Below the pieces are notes generated by a model. The model did not search any database. It saw nothing but the letters and a program-made list of their open reading frames with translations, and was not told the DNA's origin. The translations under genes and the position numbers were made by a program. A stretch of DNA of 64,000 bases from Nymphaea colorata (Eukaryota). This document shows positions 28,901-41,391 of this stretch, one piece after another (position 1 is the stretch's first letter; each line of letters starts with the position of its first letter). The stretch lies in contig NC_045138.2 in NCBI RefSeq assembly GCF_008831285.2, positions 19,406,001 to 19,470,000 of the forward strand. The letters run 5' to 3'.

Positions 28901-31900
28901 TGGAGCACAAAAACCACACAGACTGGCTGAACTGCCTTTACCTGAAAAGTAATCTAGCTATGCAAAGGAAAAAACATATTAATTGTTGACAGTATATAAA
29001 CCCATTACTTGAACATTGTGATGAAATGCCAAAATTCATGGAATGTTTATTTAATGGAAAACAAATCACTAAGTTTTCTATAAATGCAATGACTGGTTGA
29101 AATGGACCTCAATTGTCATGTCCATTCTTGGAAAGCTCTAAGGACAATAGGATAGAAAGGGGGTGGGATGGGGAGGGAACTTAGGATTGATCTAGCTCAG
29201 AAGGTCACAGCAATCGATGAACTGAGTGTATGCTCACCTGCTGCTGCTGATGAAAGTCATCCCACTGAAAGAAGTAGAATAAGTGCCCAAGGGCGCATCA
29301 AACCCAAAATCTCTGAAAGCCAATGAAGTTGCAACTCTATAAACTAGAAAATAGTTGCATCAATTTGTTTAGCCTCTAGTCATACATGTAGGCACAGACT
29401 ACTATGCTTCACAATTCATTTTACATCAAACTGATAAAACGAAGGCGCTGAACTACCAACTAGCACACTGTGTTCAGGTTATTGATCTAAAATGGATTCT
29501 CTGCCTGAACGGTTTACAAACATGGGCTACCAAGGAAAAAGGCTTAGCATTCTAAATTTTTAAAAAAGAAACAAAAATGCATTTGCCTTTGGATATATAA
29601 ACAGATGCAACTTTGCCAGTTTAAGAGCAGAAATGAAGGTCATATGAATAAGCAACATGCACCTTGAAAAGAGCCCATACAAAGCCAACCTGAATAGAGT
29701 AAACCACACATAAACCAAAGATTGCTATATCATCAAAAGCAAACACAAAAAATCATGGAGGAGTTCAGGTAATAAAGGCAGTTACAAGCAAATAACAAAC
29801 ACAATTTGGTGACTGAGTTGATAATGGAAAAAAAAGGCCTCTGCTAACCATGACATTTTACTGCTGTAATTATGACAACATGACCAAGACTCACATATGA
29901 AAATAACCATTAGCAGGCAAATTTACCTCATTGTACTTGTTGTCGAAGTATTGCAAGCAACGCTGGGCCACATGATTTCCATTTAAATCCTTCATTAATT
30001 TAACTACACCATCCTTAAGAGATGACACAACCATTACAATTTGCTCTGGGGTGTCAACAGTTTCTATGACTTTTTGCACAGCTCGAGTCCTACAGTTTGA
30101 AAGAGAAAACAGACAAGTCAGACAAGACACTAAGAAAGAGTATATTATACATCTAAGATTAATATTACTAGTATATTCATTGGTCTTGGGAAAAGAAACA
30201 TACCCATGCATGTCAAGGGAGATTTGTGCGAGATCCCCAGGTGTTTTGGTAACAGCACGAACTACTTCCATCCTTTGGTTGGCAGTGCATACATCCAAGA
30301 GCTTCTGGACTAAATAATTTCCAAAAGGATCAGTCATCAGTTCAACTATGTGATCTATTATCTCAACAAAGATCTTCCGTGCATCTTCTCGGGTGCCATA
30401 TTGGAACATATCTTGCAAGAACCGACAACCATGCTGATCCTTTGCGTAAGTGTAGATCTTTCCTTTAATTTCATCCAGTGAATTAATTTTCAGGAGCTGC
30501 CGTGACCTTGCTTCATGCAACTCCGACTTATCAGGGGAAGATCCTCCAGAGTTTTGGCCAGATAGTGGAAATGAGCCTGCAGTTCTAATAGATGAATTAC
30601 GGTGGCAGTGGCCATTTGACAGAATCCTTCCATTTGAATGGGCATGGCATAAAGCTAGGTTATTGGGTGAAACTGAGCGGGGCTTCAAGCTATTCAATGG
30701 CTTTGCTCCATGAGACCTAGTCAGTATTTTTTCTGGGTAGATTGGCTTTGCTTCTTTTGCCAATACATCATAATCTTTCAAATCATTTGGTGAGCAGGGC
30801 ATGCCACTCCTGAGTATCTGGTTCTGCCCATGAATGAATGGACAACTCTCTCCCCTACCACAGAAACCTTGAGCATAGTACCGGCAATGACTTCCACCTA
30901 GTAGCATAAGATTGGACTGGTTAAATCCTTGAGGAAGGGCATTGTCTCTCCAATACAAAGTTTGAGAGGGCTGTTCAACATGAGGAACAGGAAGTTCATA
31001 GTAAGTTTGACTGCAATTTTTGCTCAGAGATCCAATGGCTCCATTAGAAGGTGCTCGAAGCTGATTGTGAGACACAGTTCCTAGGTTCCGAAGCTGATGC
31101 AAGTAGGCACACTGCTGTTGCATTGCTCTGTGCCTATTTTCATCTACATGCTGCCATGGCATATGAGTGCCATTCAGATGTTGCACAGGCGTGTGTGAAT
31201 GTCCATATTCTTGTGACTGCACAAATGGGGAACCCTGGGCATCCACAAAATACTGTTGCTGATATGCAGCACCAGGAAACTCAACCCCTGAGACAGGCAC
31301 TCTTGGAAAAACTGGAAACGAGTGGATGCCTTTAGACATTTGAACTGGTCCTGAATATATGGGAAGATTATGTCTCTGCTCCCTAAAATTATTTGAAAAT
31401 TCTTCAACTGGCAAACGGGGATCCACCTTATGCTTCTTTATATCATGGATATTGAGTTTCAAAAGCTTAGCATTTTCTTCCCTGTTTGCCTCTGCATTGA
31501 ATTTATCCATGGAGTTCATATTTGTTAGGGAAGGAAACCTCATTCCATATGTATTGAACATCTCCAGGGGGTCTAATGTAGAATTTACAAAATTAACAGA
31601 GTTTACTCTATTGGGTGATGGAGGAACAGCTCCACCAAGTACTTCAAGGCCGGACTGTGACTTTTCAATTTGATCAGAAAATTGTCCTTCCATCGAAAAT
31701 CCAGAATAAGGAAAGCCTTTATAGAGTACTGATGGTTCCATGTTTGGAATGTTATTGGCCCCGGCATTCAAGCTTAAATTAGCCAATGCAGATGTCAAAG
31801 ACTGATCATCCGGTAAAGTAGACTCAATGATAAGGCTGCTAGCTTCCTGACCAACGCCTTCAGCTGGTGTTTGATGCCCTTTCTTAACAATGTCATTGGC

Positions 31901-32254
31901 GCCATTAAAAGTCTCTTCATTTTGTGTTTTTTGATTGAATGTGGTCTTCTGATTCAGTGCACCGTAAAAGCAAGGGAAAGAGCCAGACGAAACAGGTGAA
32001 ACAAAAACAGGGGATACCGATACTGCATTAGCACCATGCTTAGATGATTGTGAAGCATGGTAGGAGTTAGTGAATGCATCAGAATGTGAGGTTTTTCGTA
32101 TCGCTTGATCATTTAAAGGAGCCACAATGAAACTTGGTGATGAACTGATAATGCCAGATTCGTCTGAGTGAAGATTTCCGGCAGAAGTAGCAGTTGGAAT
32201 CTCTCCCAAAAGCATCTCGAATTCTTCATCATCTTGTTCATTACCACCCCTCAT
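25944..32254 (-). CDS. PUM12: Pumilio/PUF RNA-binding protein (APUM7-12 group, APUM12-like) with a CCCH zinc finger, 918 aa, 5 exons
   Basis: Exons 32254-30204, 30089-29927, 26719-26556, 26425-26167, 26063-25944 (2757 nt, in phase). The first ATG is at 32254; the track start at 32263 is a TTG. Eight PUF repeats: KDQHGCRFLQ, DPFGNYLVQ, DMHGTRAVQ, DLNGNHVAQ, HRHGCCVMQ, DQFGNYVVQ, QKFSSNVVE, DPYANYVVQ, then SPYGKRIL. The orthologue label is tentative. Confidence 0.9.
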
Positions 32255-35200
32255 CTTGTGCAATATAATGGATTACTAAATTCTCTAAAACGAATTTGCA
32301 GAGCCAGCTCTATCAATCCCCAATGCAGATCGACTCACTCAGCCTTAAACCCCTCCAAAAACCAAACTCAGAAATCTTAAAACCGTGCTGTAATTGAGAA
32401 CCTAAAAAATCCTGACGTCTTCTTGTGATCAGAAATCACGCTGCTCAAGGGAGGCCAATACTTCTTCGTGCTGGAAAAAAAGAATAAAAAAATGAGAAAT
32501 TCAGGACCACCTCAACCACTGCATTCAACCCAAAAAAAGCGGCAGAACAGAACAATAATCACAAGAACAACAAAACAACAATCAACTGCTCAAAAACAGT
32601 TATTATAGGCGAGAAAGCAATCGAAACACAATCAGAGTCATCGGAACCCGATCCCCACCAAGAAATTCAATAAGAAATAAGCACCAAGAAATCATAAATT
32701 GATCGCCCGAAATTTCTGCAACCAGTATTCAGAAAGTCCAATCGGACCAGCAAAAACCCAATTAACGGATTACAATCAAAATGCACCACGCATCAATAAC
32801 CCCCTAAAGAAACGATCATCATCGTCAAAAACGAGAAAACAAGCGCAACCAGCAAAAGTAAAGACAACGCAACGGAAAAACCCGTTCTAGAGAACAATCG
32901 GCAGCGTCACAAAAGATTTAGATGGATTAAAAGCAAGATAGAATACAGAAGACAAATAAGAAAAAGTGCGTTTTAGATTACTACTGTTAGTACCTCCATT
33001 AGATAAGCATTTCAGGGTCCTAAGAGGCATTGAAGAGTGAGGCCCAAATAGAAAGAGACACACACAGAGACAGAAAGAGGGAGAAGGAGAGGTTTTTGTG
33101 TGACTTAATGAGCAATGCAAAGGGAATGAATGGTGGGATAGGTGAGGGTCATGAGAAGGGCGGCGTATGAGAGAAGAGGAAGGAGAGAGGATTCAAAGGA
33201 AGAGAGAGAGAGAGAGAGAGAGCGTGCATGAGTTTGGTAACTTTTGGTTTGATATTGCTTTGTCATTGGAATATAACGGCAAAATTAAATATTTAATTTC
33301 TATTTCTTCTCTGTTTCAATTTCATATATATAAACAAACGCGGACGCGTAAAAGTATCGACACATTAAAAGTACAAGAAGAAACTTAGAAACTGCCATTT
33401 TCTATCATTCGCAGAGAATACCAAATGTAAATACAGAGTTTTAAAAGACGAATTTAGAAGGTGATAAGCTCTCCAAAATTATCTCTCCCAGTCAGTTACA
33501 ATTAAAAAGATTTCACAGATAAATCAAATCCAAACTACTCAACTGAACGATTTCTAATTTCCTTTTCTTTATCATTCGTTCTATATAAAATTCCAGAAAA
33601 TAACGGTGGACCTAAACCTTGACGAACCCCCACATCTCAAACTCGACGAGTCTTATGCTTGTTCATTCCAAAACAATAAACAAACGCAAAAAAAAAATAC
33701 TGATTTTTCATTTGGGGACTTCCGGCTTCTACCAAAAGGAATAGAACAAGTCATCTTCTTTCTAAAAATTGTGAAGATACTCTTTTTTTTACCTCTCCTT
33801 TTTCCTTTTCATGATTGATATGATAGTTTAAACCATAGGGAAATTACTCCCTTTCTCCAACAAGCTACCAATAAGCCACTTTGCTTCATTCATCCATTCA
33901 TTCATGCATGCATGCACAAGAACACAGCCATTACATTGTTGTTGGTTTGGTTTATTTTCAGAAGTCCTCTTGATTTGACTGTACCTCAATTTTAACTTAA
34001 ACTAATATCAAATTTGAATCATGTTGTTTCGCCGTCACAGCAACATGACCGACTCTTTTGAAAGGAAAACTCTAGGTGAGCCTTCACCGCCATGCAAACC
34101 CACCCTTGAACTTGATTTTGGTTTAGTGGAGGGAATCGAGTGATCTGTTCTTTAGTCCTGAAGTCCAAAGCTGCTTCAAAACCTTGTTCACCGTTTGCTA
34201 CTGTCCTACTCTTAGTTTCACTCTTAAAAGGTTATAAATTACCTGCTTCATGTTTCACTTTCACCCCCCGCGCCAACAAACTAGGGATAAAAAATCTCAT
34301 TGGGAAACTTTAAATGTACGAGGGCGTTTGATGCGTGTTGCAGTCCGAGTAGAACAAACGACGGTGTTCGTTCCGAGGGCACTGAGGAACGCACTCTCGC
34401 TAGTCTACCAAAGGGGCTGAACGAAGGAACAAAACAGATTGTCCCGTGCACATGGTGTTCTGTTCTTCGCATCAAACATCCTCATATTAGGTGTTCCCCT
34501 GCAAGAAACAACCAAAACAGTGGGGACTCCGTGGTTCATGTGCGCGTGTAACACCATGAAAGACAATGGAGTTGATGCAGAGAATTTTACGTAGAAGACA
34601 AACATGAAATATTCACTCAAACATTATGTCGGACGGACACGGACACGACACAAAAATGATGTGTAATTGTCAGTAAAATGGGATGTGAACAGATTTTTTC
34701 CTTTTTTGGGATTTAACACACTGATATATAGTGCTAAAAATGTGTTTGTATAAAATATTTTCCTTTTTTAAGTAGATTAAAATTGGTATTAAGTTCTAAA
34801 AAGTAACATGAATAAATTATCGTGCCCCTGTGATCCGGGATGGGTTGTCCGTCCGAGCCGGTCTTAAATTTGACCGAGGCATTCTGGGTCTGTTCCCACA
34901 TCTTTCATAGTTAATCAGGAAATGTTCAGAAAAAATCAGCTGTTTGGAAGATGTCATGCTTTTGAAAATGATATATGCTTTTAATGCAATATCTAACGCC
35001 CTCATAATTTAAACATTACTTGTTCTTTATTTATATATTGGTGATGTCTCAGAAAGGCTTTAAAAACGTGCCGAAATTTTCATTGGAAATTTTTCGTGAG
35101 GTGAGAATGAGAGGTTTGACAATGATGTGGGTCAATTTGGATCTGGATCTGCTTCAAACCAAAGTGAGTCTGGATTTGGAACAGATATCTTTGGCTGGGG

Positions 35201-37026
35201 TCTTAGAGATCCTGTCAATGACGTACCCGAACCCAGTGGGATAACGTTCTCCAGCCGCTGCAGGATTTTGGTTGGAGTGATATCCAGATCCAGATCCAGA
35301 CAAAAACTAAATCTGGATCTACCAAGCATTGGTTTTATATGTGTAACTTGACTTGTAGTATATTGGCCGACGCAGAAATCCATACTCACTGCGTGCTGCG
35401 TTCAAATCCACTTACTGACAGGATCTTATTGCTTGTGCGTGGAAATCCCACGCACTTGCTTTGGATTTTGATTAGATCTCAGATCATGATCTGAACCGTT
35501 TACATCACTAAGTCGGTAGTTCCGGATCTACCCCTTCTGTTGATGCCACTGGCTGTGGACCAGAATACAGTTGACGAGGATCCAATGAAGCGGATCCAAA
35601 GTATTTGTCAGAATGAAGCACTGAAAATGTCCAGGTCCATTTTAATTCCATACGTAATCACATCTGAAATATTAGCATCGTTCTCCCATGGGCGATATTG
35701 GGGTCTGAAGGGATCCAAAGTGACAGTCCGTGAAATTTGGATCTGGATCCAGGCCAAAATAGATCCATGACCATTTGTACTCAATATGTCATGCCCAAAT
35801 CCATAAAACAGAGGCACATGATATGGATCTATTCATGACCCAGACCGGCGTTTCTTATCCACACTAAGGCCCAAACTTCAGTTCAAAGATTTAAAGTTCT
35901 CTTGCACTCTCCTGCCCAAAGTCACTAGGTCCAAACAGACTAACTGTAACCCAACTAACATGCTCCATTTTGGGCCTATTTCTGGACCCAGTCCTGGTCA
36001 TCCATACTCCTGAATTGGGTCCTAGACTTAGAGTCAGTTTTGAACTTAAGACTGTGAGGATCTTGGATTTGGGCATAATCTCAGACCGATAAGTGCAGTC
36101 CAAACATAAGATTTTGTTTCATTCTTCTATTATCAAGAACAGAATCCAACTTGAAATGCCTGTTAGTCTCGCATCCTGAATCCAAAATCAAATTTTAGAC
36201 TGAGAACTGTGACAGTTATTCCGATACAAAATCATAAAACCAATGGTAGATTCATATCCAGGGAAGCCAATGGGCCATATTTGATCCAAAAACTGATCCA
36301 AACCTACCCGCTAGTTAGATGCAGCAAATCAAATCGGATCGGACCATTATTACCAACAAACGGACAAACATCCCCCATTAGAACATCGATCCAGATCCCA
36401 ATCTCAATTGGATGGGAACGGTCGGATCCGATCTATTTAGATCCGACGCAAGTCAAATTGAGATCACAGATCCGACCCGTTCAAATTGCCGAACTACACT
36501 ATAGAGCCGTTATAAATGGCATGACTTGGTGCTCGTACCGCACAACTCGAACGGTCCAACAACCTCACTAATTACCGGGAACGGAACTCCATAAATTGTG
36601 TTGAAAACTGGAAAAATAAAAAGAAAGAAAAAAAATGCAGGAGTTTTTCGTTGCATTTATTAATTTTTTCTATTATTAAGTTTCTAGCCAAATAATTAAA
36701 TGCTCATAAATGGCCCTTTTCTCTCTCGCAGAATTCGAACGGCTCAGTCACATTAGGAAATAATTCCTTCCCATTACATAGACATTTCTCTAAATTTCTT
36801 CATGATGTATTGATTTTAGCCGTTCGTTAAATGTGATCAAATGATACACAAACAAGGAGATGACACTTTTTATAACTACATGGTGGCTTTAGAGGGGAAG
36901 CATTGATTATTGATGTCAATACATTTTATTTGGATTTGATATCTGACTGAATTGCTTAAAAAAGATCGGATACATAACAAAAGTAACGTTCAATTGGATT
37001 TGGATTGGAGAAATGACATCTATTCA

Positions 37027-37176
37027 GCAACATCTCTCTCTCTCTCTCTTTCTCTCTACCTTCAGTAGCTCTCTCATTCTTTTTATATTTTTCCAAATGA
37101 TCCAATTAACTAGTGAATGATCATAGACATAATGAAATCATTGAATTATAAAAGAAAAACATAGCATGTAGCATGT

Positions 37177-37207
<31 letters not shown>

Positions 37208-37560
37208 AGAGAGAGAAAGAGAAAGAGAAAGAGTAAACGAATCACCAGGTCAGCTGATTCTCGACCAATTCAAATGAGTCTAAGAGGAGTCTTGGCTTAG
37301 ACCTGAGCACTGAGCCGGGCCCAACATAGTTGGTAAACTTGAAAATCAGACTCGAAACGTCTGTTAATCGGGTCAGCATGTCAGTGGGTGGGCTTGGACT
37401 CGGTGGATCAAGTATTTGGACTCAGACCAACAATGCAACTGAGTCACCGGGTCCCAAACTATTGGCAACATCTCTCTCACTACCCTCAGCTCATTCTTTT
37501 TATTTTTTCCCAAATAATCCAATTAACTACTGAATGATCAGACATAATGAAATCACTGAA

Positions 37561-37565
<5 letters not shown>
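37027..37565. repeat. Diverged direct repeat of about 100-120 bp, each copy followed by (TA)n
   Basis: GCAACATCTCTC...ATCCAATTAACTA.TGAATGATC..GACATAATGAAATCA.TGAATTATA at 37027-37150 and 37465-37565. Confidence 0.85.

Positions 37566-37567
<2 letters not shown>

Positions 37568-37637
<70 letters not shown>
37568..37637. repeat. (TA)n microsatellite
   Basis: Uninterrupted run of about 70 bp. Confidence 0.98.
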
Positions 37638-37640
<3 letters not shown>

Positions 37641-38159
37641 GTGACCTAAAAAGTAAAAACCTACCTAATAAAAATGGAAATACTCGTCTACGAAGTAGGA
37701 AAGAAGGTAGGCCAATGGGCTTCGACTAACTGCCCAGTTACGACAAGTGACTACGTTGAAAACAGAAGGCGTAGAAAAAAGTTACTTTTTCCTTTTACTC
37801 ATTCTTTTGTTTTCTTTTTCTTTTGTGGAAGGAAGGAGCATTTCTCACAACTTACAATGATGAATAAGGTTTGAAAGTCACATAATTTGACGTCTTGCAA
37901 CATGCCGAGATTTGACTTGCCATTTATGTTTGCCGAAAGTGAGGCTCATATCAGAAAAAAGAAAAAATGTGAAGTTCATTTTTGGATTTATGCCCTCGAA
38001 AGTGGGACCTGAGCTGGAAATGTCTCTGACTGCCTTTTTATTAGTTACTCCTTCAAGGCATAACTGTCCTTCTACTTGTTCTTAATAACTACCATTAGGA
38101 CCCGCTTGATTGCCTAGATAAATTATCTCGAGCGCCCGATATCTTGAACCCTAGCACAC

Positions 38160-38345
38160 TAGTGGCACAACCAGGATTTTTTTTCACTAAAAAGCACTTG
38201 AGTTGGGGACATAAGTTAAATTTGGTGTCAGCATAGCATGTAATTTTTGAGTCATGAAAATGAGACCTTGGGACGCTTTAATAAGATTTTTATTGGGTTG
38301 ATATGGGCAATTGCCCACACCAGCCAACAAGTGGCTCGGCCATTA
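38160..38345. mobile_element. hAT MITE with 8-bp TSD
   Basis: Termini TAGTGGCACAACCAG ... GTGGCTCGGCCATTA. Flanks TAGCACAC / AAGCACAC match at 7 of 8 positions. Confidence 0.65.
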
Positions 38346-38790
38346 AAGCACACCATACCCACTCAAAGTTTGAAAATCCTTGAAACTTTTTTCAAACTAA
38401 GCTGCCTTTTTTGTTTTTTGCAATCAAACACGTCCTTAGAATGAGAATTATGAGATGGGTGTTTACGTGGATTCTTTTTGCAACCATTAGCAAAGTAAAA
38501 CAACCAATTCGCAGTGGCCGGTTATTGTTAAGCTACTGTTTTCAGGATTCTTTTACAAACCATTAACAAAGAAAAAGAAATACAGTAATCGGCAATAATC
38601 GAATGGTGCAAGCATCATTTCGTAATATGAACCGTAAACGTACATCACATTGAAAATAAGGTAATATTACATGTCATTTGCATTTGTTGGATCGAGTTCA
38701 AGATCGTCAAGTTTCATGCCGAATTGGGATTGAATTTTAGTAAAAGAAGGAAAAGGAACTGATGATCCTCATAAAAAATAAATAGACGAT

Positions 38791-38960
38791 CATCCTTGCT
38801 CTCTTCAAACCGAACAAACAGTGACAGATAGAGTCGAACCCATTCCCCAAAAATCCTTCTGGATATTCCCAAATGTCTTGGTTATTCCTGGAACGTGAAA
38901 AAGCAGAAGAATAATCATTTGTTTCAAAAAAAATCGATGAATTTCTGGGGAATCCTACAA
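38791..38960 (+). pseudogene. ycf2: Decayed plastid ycf2 fragment (NUPT)
   Basis: With small frameshifts it reads PCSLQTEQT..IESNPFPKNPSGYSQMSWLFLEREK/QKNNHLFQKK/IDEFLGNPT. This closely resembles the Ycf2 segment I recall as [53 protein letters not shown]. Confidence 0.8.
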
Positions 38961-39169
38961 AAAACAATTGGTTGCAGGAATGAAACTTGGATACGATTCA
39001 GATCCGACACACTTGGATTTAATATGACTGTTATTATTTGGATTCATAACCTAATTTCAAAGAAGCCGAAACCCTTCCCCTTGGCCTAAGGGTCCAAGGC
39101 TGATTTGGGTTATAGTTGAACTCATGGGTACTCTCTTCAATTTAGTGTGCTACTCTCTTCAATTCTGTG

Positions 39170-39280
39170 AATAGCACTTGTCACCATTTGTATCGTAGAG
39201 GAGTAGTGTTCATGGGAATCGAAACTGATGACTAGTCTTTCATGAGCTCATCAACCCGACCAACTATGCTCTTCTCCTTC
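39170..39280 (-). mobile_element. tRNA-derived SINE-like relic
   Basis: The minus strand reads GAGCATAGTTGGTCGGG...CAGTTTCGATTCCCATGAACACTACTCCT and aligns with the copy at 48730. Confidence 0.5.
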
Positions 39281-40467
39281 CGGCATTCACAACTTAATTT
39301 GAAGGAGTGGTTTTGTAAAACTTGATCTGATCCGAGGTTGACTAACTTGAGATCAGACACGCTAAATTGAAGTTTTGTTAGGTTTTGGAGTCGGTTCAAA
39401 CTCAAATTTCAACGTCGAAGTCCACAATGCGTCAAGAGCAAACCGTAATTGGGTCCCATATTCTTTGCCAAATCCTGCTACTGGCGTTCAGATTTTGATC
39501 AATAACTGGTAGGATGTGGAAGAAAAACTGGTATCACCGGTGCATTCCATTCATTGACTGAAAAGTTAGGTGCATTCTGTTAGAAAAACAGGTAACAGCG
39601 ACGCATCACATTCATTGTCTGCAAATTTAGGTGCCTTATGAAGCAGCAGATAAGAAAAAAAAAAACGAAGAAAACTCTCATTTCCGTTCCTTCTCTAGGG
39701 CGGGTTGCATGTTTTACTGTTTTTGTCATTTTCCAAAATCCATTGGATACTTTGGTTATTTTCTAAAATATCACTTTCATTTTTCTTTCGTTGTTTTGTG
39801 GAGAGAAGTCCTCCTTTCGAGTACAATATCATTTGTAATTTTGAGCTCTTACCATGCAGATCCTGGCTCAAAAATATAAACTTCTCAGCCGATTCTCTGG
39901 GTCTGATTCAAAGTAGCAATACCTCTAGCGGCTACAGTTCATTTGCTAATGGTTATTATATACTAAATATAAAAGATTAAACCAAAAAGTATAAAGTATA
40001 TGATACTTCACATTAAAATGTTCCCACCTGCTGACCAGATCAGCAAGAGTTACTCGACTTTAGCGTGTCGGTTAGCAAGAAATTTATTTCAGGCAGATCT
40101 TTTTTGTCTGTACGGTCGTTGAAAATTTTAAGACAAATAGTGACGCCCCGACTTTGTTTTACTGGAATTTTCAAGGCAACAGTGTGACGCGTGAAAAAAT
40201 TCACGTGGAAGGGTAAAAGTTCATCTGTGGAAGGGTCACATGATTCCTAATTCTCATCATCTTCCAAATGGTGAGTAAACGTATAATTTCAATACTGAAC
40301 TAAGCCACAAAACAAACAGTTAGTCCAGCAAGCGCAGTGTCAAGAGAAACTAATTAGGCAAAGCCAGCCATCCGCAACTTACCAACGACAGCAAGAAGAA
40401 AAAGGAGAAGACAGTAGCAGAAGAAAAAGAATCGGAAAAAGAAGCACTCGAAGAAAATTAGCTATTT

Positions 40468-41391
40468 CTATGGCTCCACTGTCGTAACCTGCTGCCATTG
40501 ACCATCTACTGCTTCTTTCCACAGTGAGACTTCATTATTTCCGTTAGCAACGGCCAATATATTCCCAGTCAGTGACCAAGACACCCTCCAAACCGGTGTT
40601 TTGAAATCCTTCAGAACCTTGCCCTCCCACTGGTCACCTTCCTTTCCCGCAGTCCATATCACCACTGAGCCATCTTGAGAAGCACTAGCAATTGTCGACT
40701 TTGGGAGCCCAAGGTTAGGTGCCCAAGCTACATCTCTGACCCAATCCGAGTGCTTTTGGAGTGCAGGAAAACAATCCATCTTCCACGCCCCATTGTACAA
40801 CTTCCATATCTTAACAGTATTGTCACAACCCCCAGATGCTAGTTTATGCACTAGATCCAGAGGACTGGAGCCAACCAGTGTGCCTGGAGCTGTGGCAGGA
40901 GCCCATGAAACAGAAGTGACACCAACAGCATGTGCTTGATCAATCCTGGCAGTATCCCAGCCACCATCTGCACGAGCAGTGAAGATGGAGATATTTCCAT
41001 CAGAAGAACCACAAGCCAAACAGAGGCCTAGCTCATGGGGTGCCCACGAGATGGAATTAACAGAGGCCTTATGGTCCGTAAAAACATGAGCTTGTACCCA
41101 TTCATTCTGTTGAGTTGCTTCCTTCCAGATGATAACACGGCCATCATAAGAGCAAGATGCAAGAATAGGTCCGAACTTTGGGTGTGCCCAGGCAACTTGC
41201 CAAACGGGGCCCTGGTGGCCACTAAGTGTTGCCAAGAGCTGCTGAGAGGAGGTAGAACCGGAACTGCTGCTCAGGCCAAAGATTTTGATGGTAGTATCTG
41301 AAGATGCAGTTGCTAATCGCTTGCCATAGTAATCCATGGCAACGTCATGCACAACATCCTTGTGACCAGATTCAATCTTCTGAGAAGACAT
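40468..41391 (-). CDS. SEC13: SEC13 WD40 protein (COPII coat / nuclear pore), 307 aa, single coding exon
   Basis: MSSQKIESGHKDVVHDVAMDYYGKRLATASSD...WQVAWAHPKFG...HSDWVRDVAWAPNLGLP...WRVSWSLTGNILAV. ATG at 41391; the track start at 41406 is non-ATG. A long 5'UTR intron is likely, with an acceptor near 41430 and a donor near 44770 or 44831. Confidence 0.97.
   Translation of the reverse strand: MSSQKIESGHKDVVHDVAMDYYGKRLATASSDTTIKIFGLSSSSGSTSSQQLLATLSGHQGPVWQVAWAHPKFGPILASCSYDGRVIIWKEATQQNEWVQAHVFTDHKASVNSISWAPHELGLCLACGSSDGNISIFTARADGGWDTARIDQAHAVGVTSVSWAPATAPGTLVGSSPLDLVHKLASGGCDNTVKIWKLYNGAWKMDCFPALQKHSDWVRDVAWAPNLGLPKSTIASASQDGSVVIWTAGKEGDQWEGKVLKDFKTPVWRVSWSLTGNILAVANGNNEVSLWKEAVDGQWQQVTTVEP

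Noticed and set aside
29891..30203. Open read-through of Pumilio intron 1 in the 790-aa track ORF
   Set aside because: The 114-nt intron happens to be in frame and stop-free, but it has canonical GT-AG ends and would interrupt PUF repeat 3 (DMHG|TRAVQ).
30051..31673. Plus-strand ORFs antisense to Pumilio exons 1-2, and similar shadows over SEC13 and MET1
   Set aside because: Typical antisense shadows of real coding sequence.
35100..36500. Several 70-120 aa ORFs
   Set aside because: They arise from GGATCT/AGATCC-rich transposon-relic DNA and have no coherent protein features. I could not define element ends.
41245..41275. Ser-rich insertion in the first WD40 blade of SEC13
   Set aside because: A small, in-frame, low-complexity loop expansion; unlikely to be significant.
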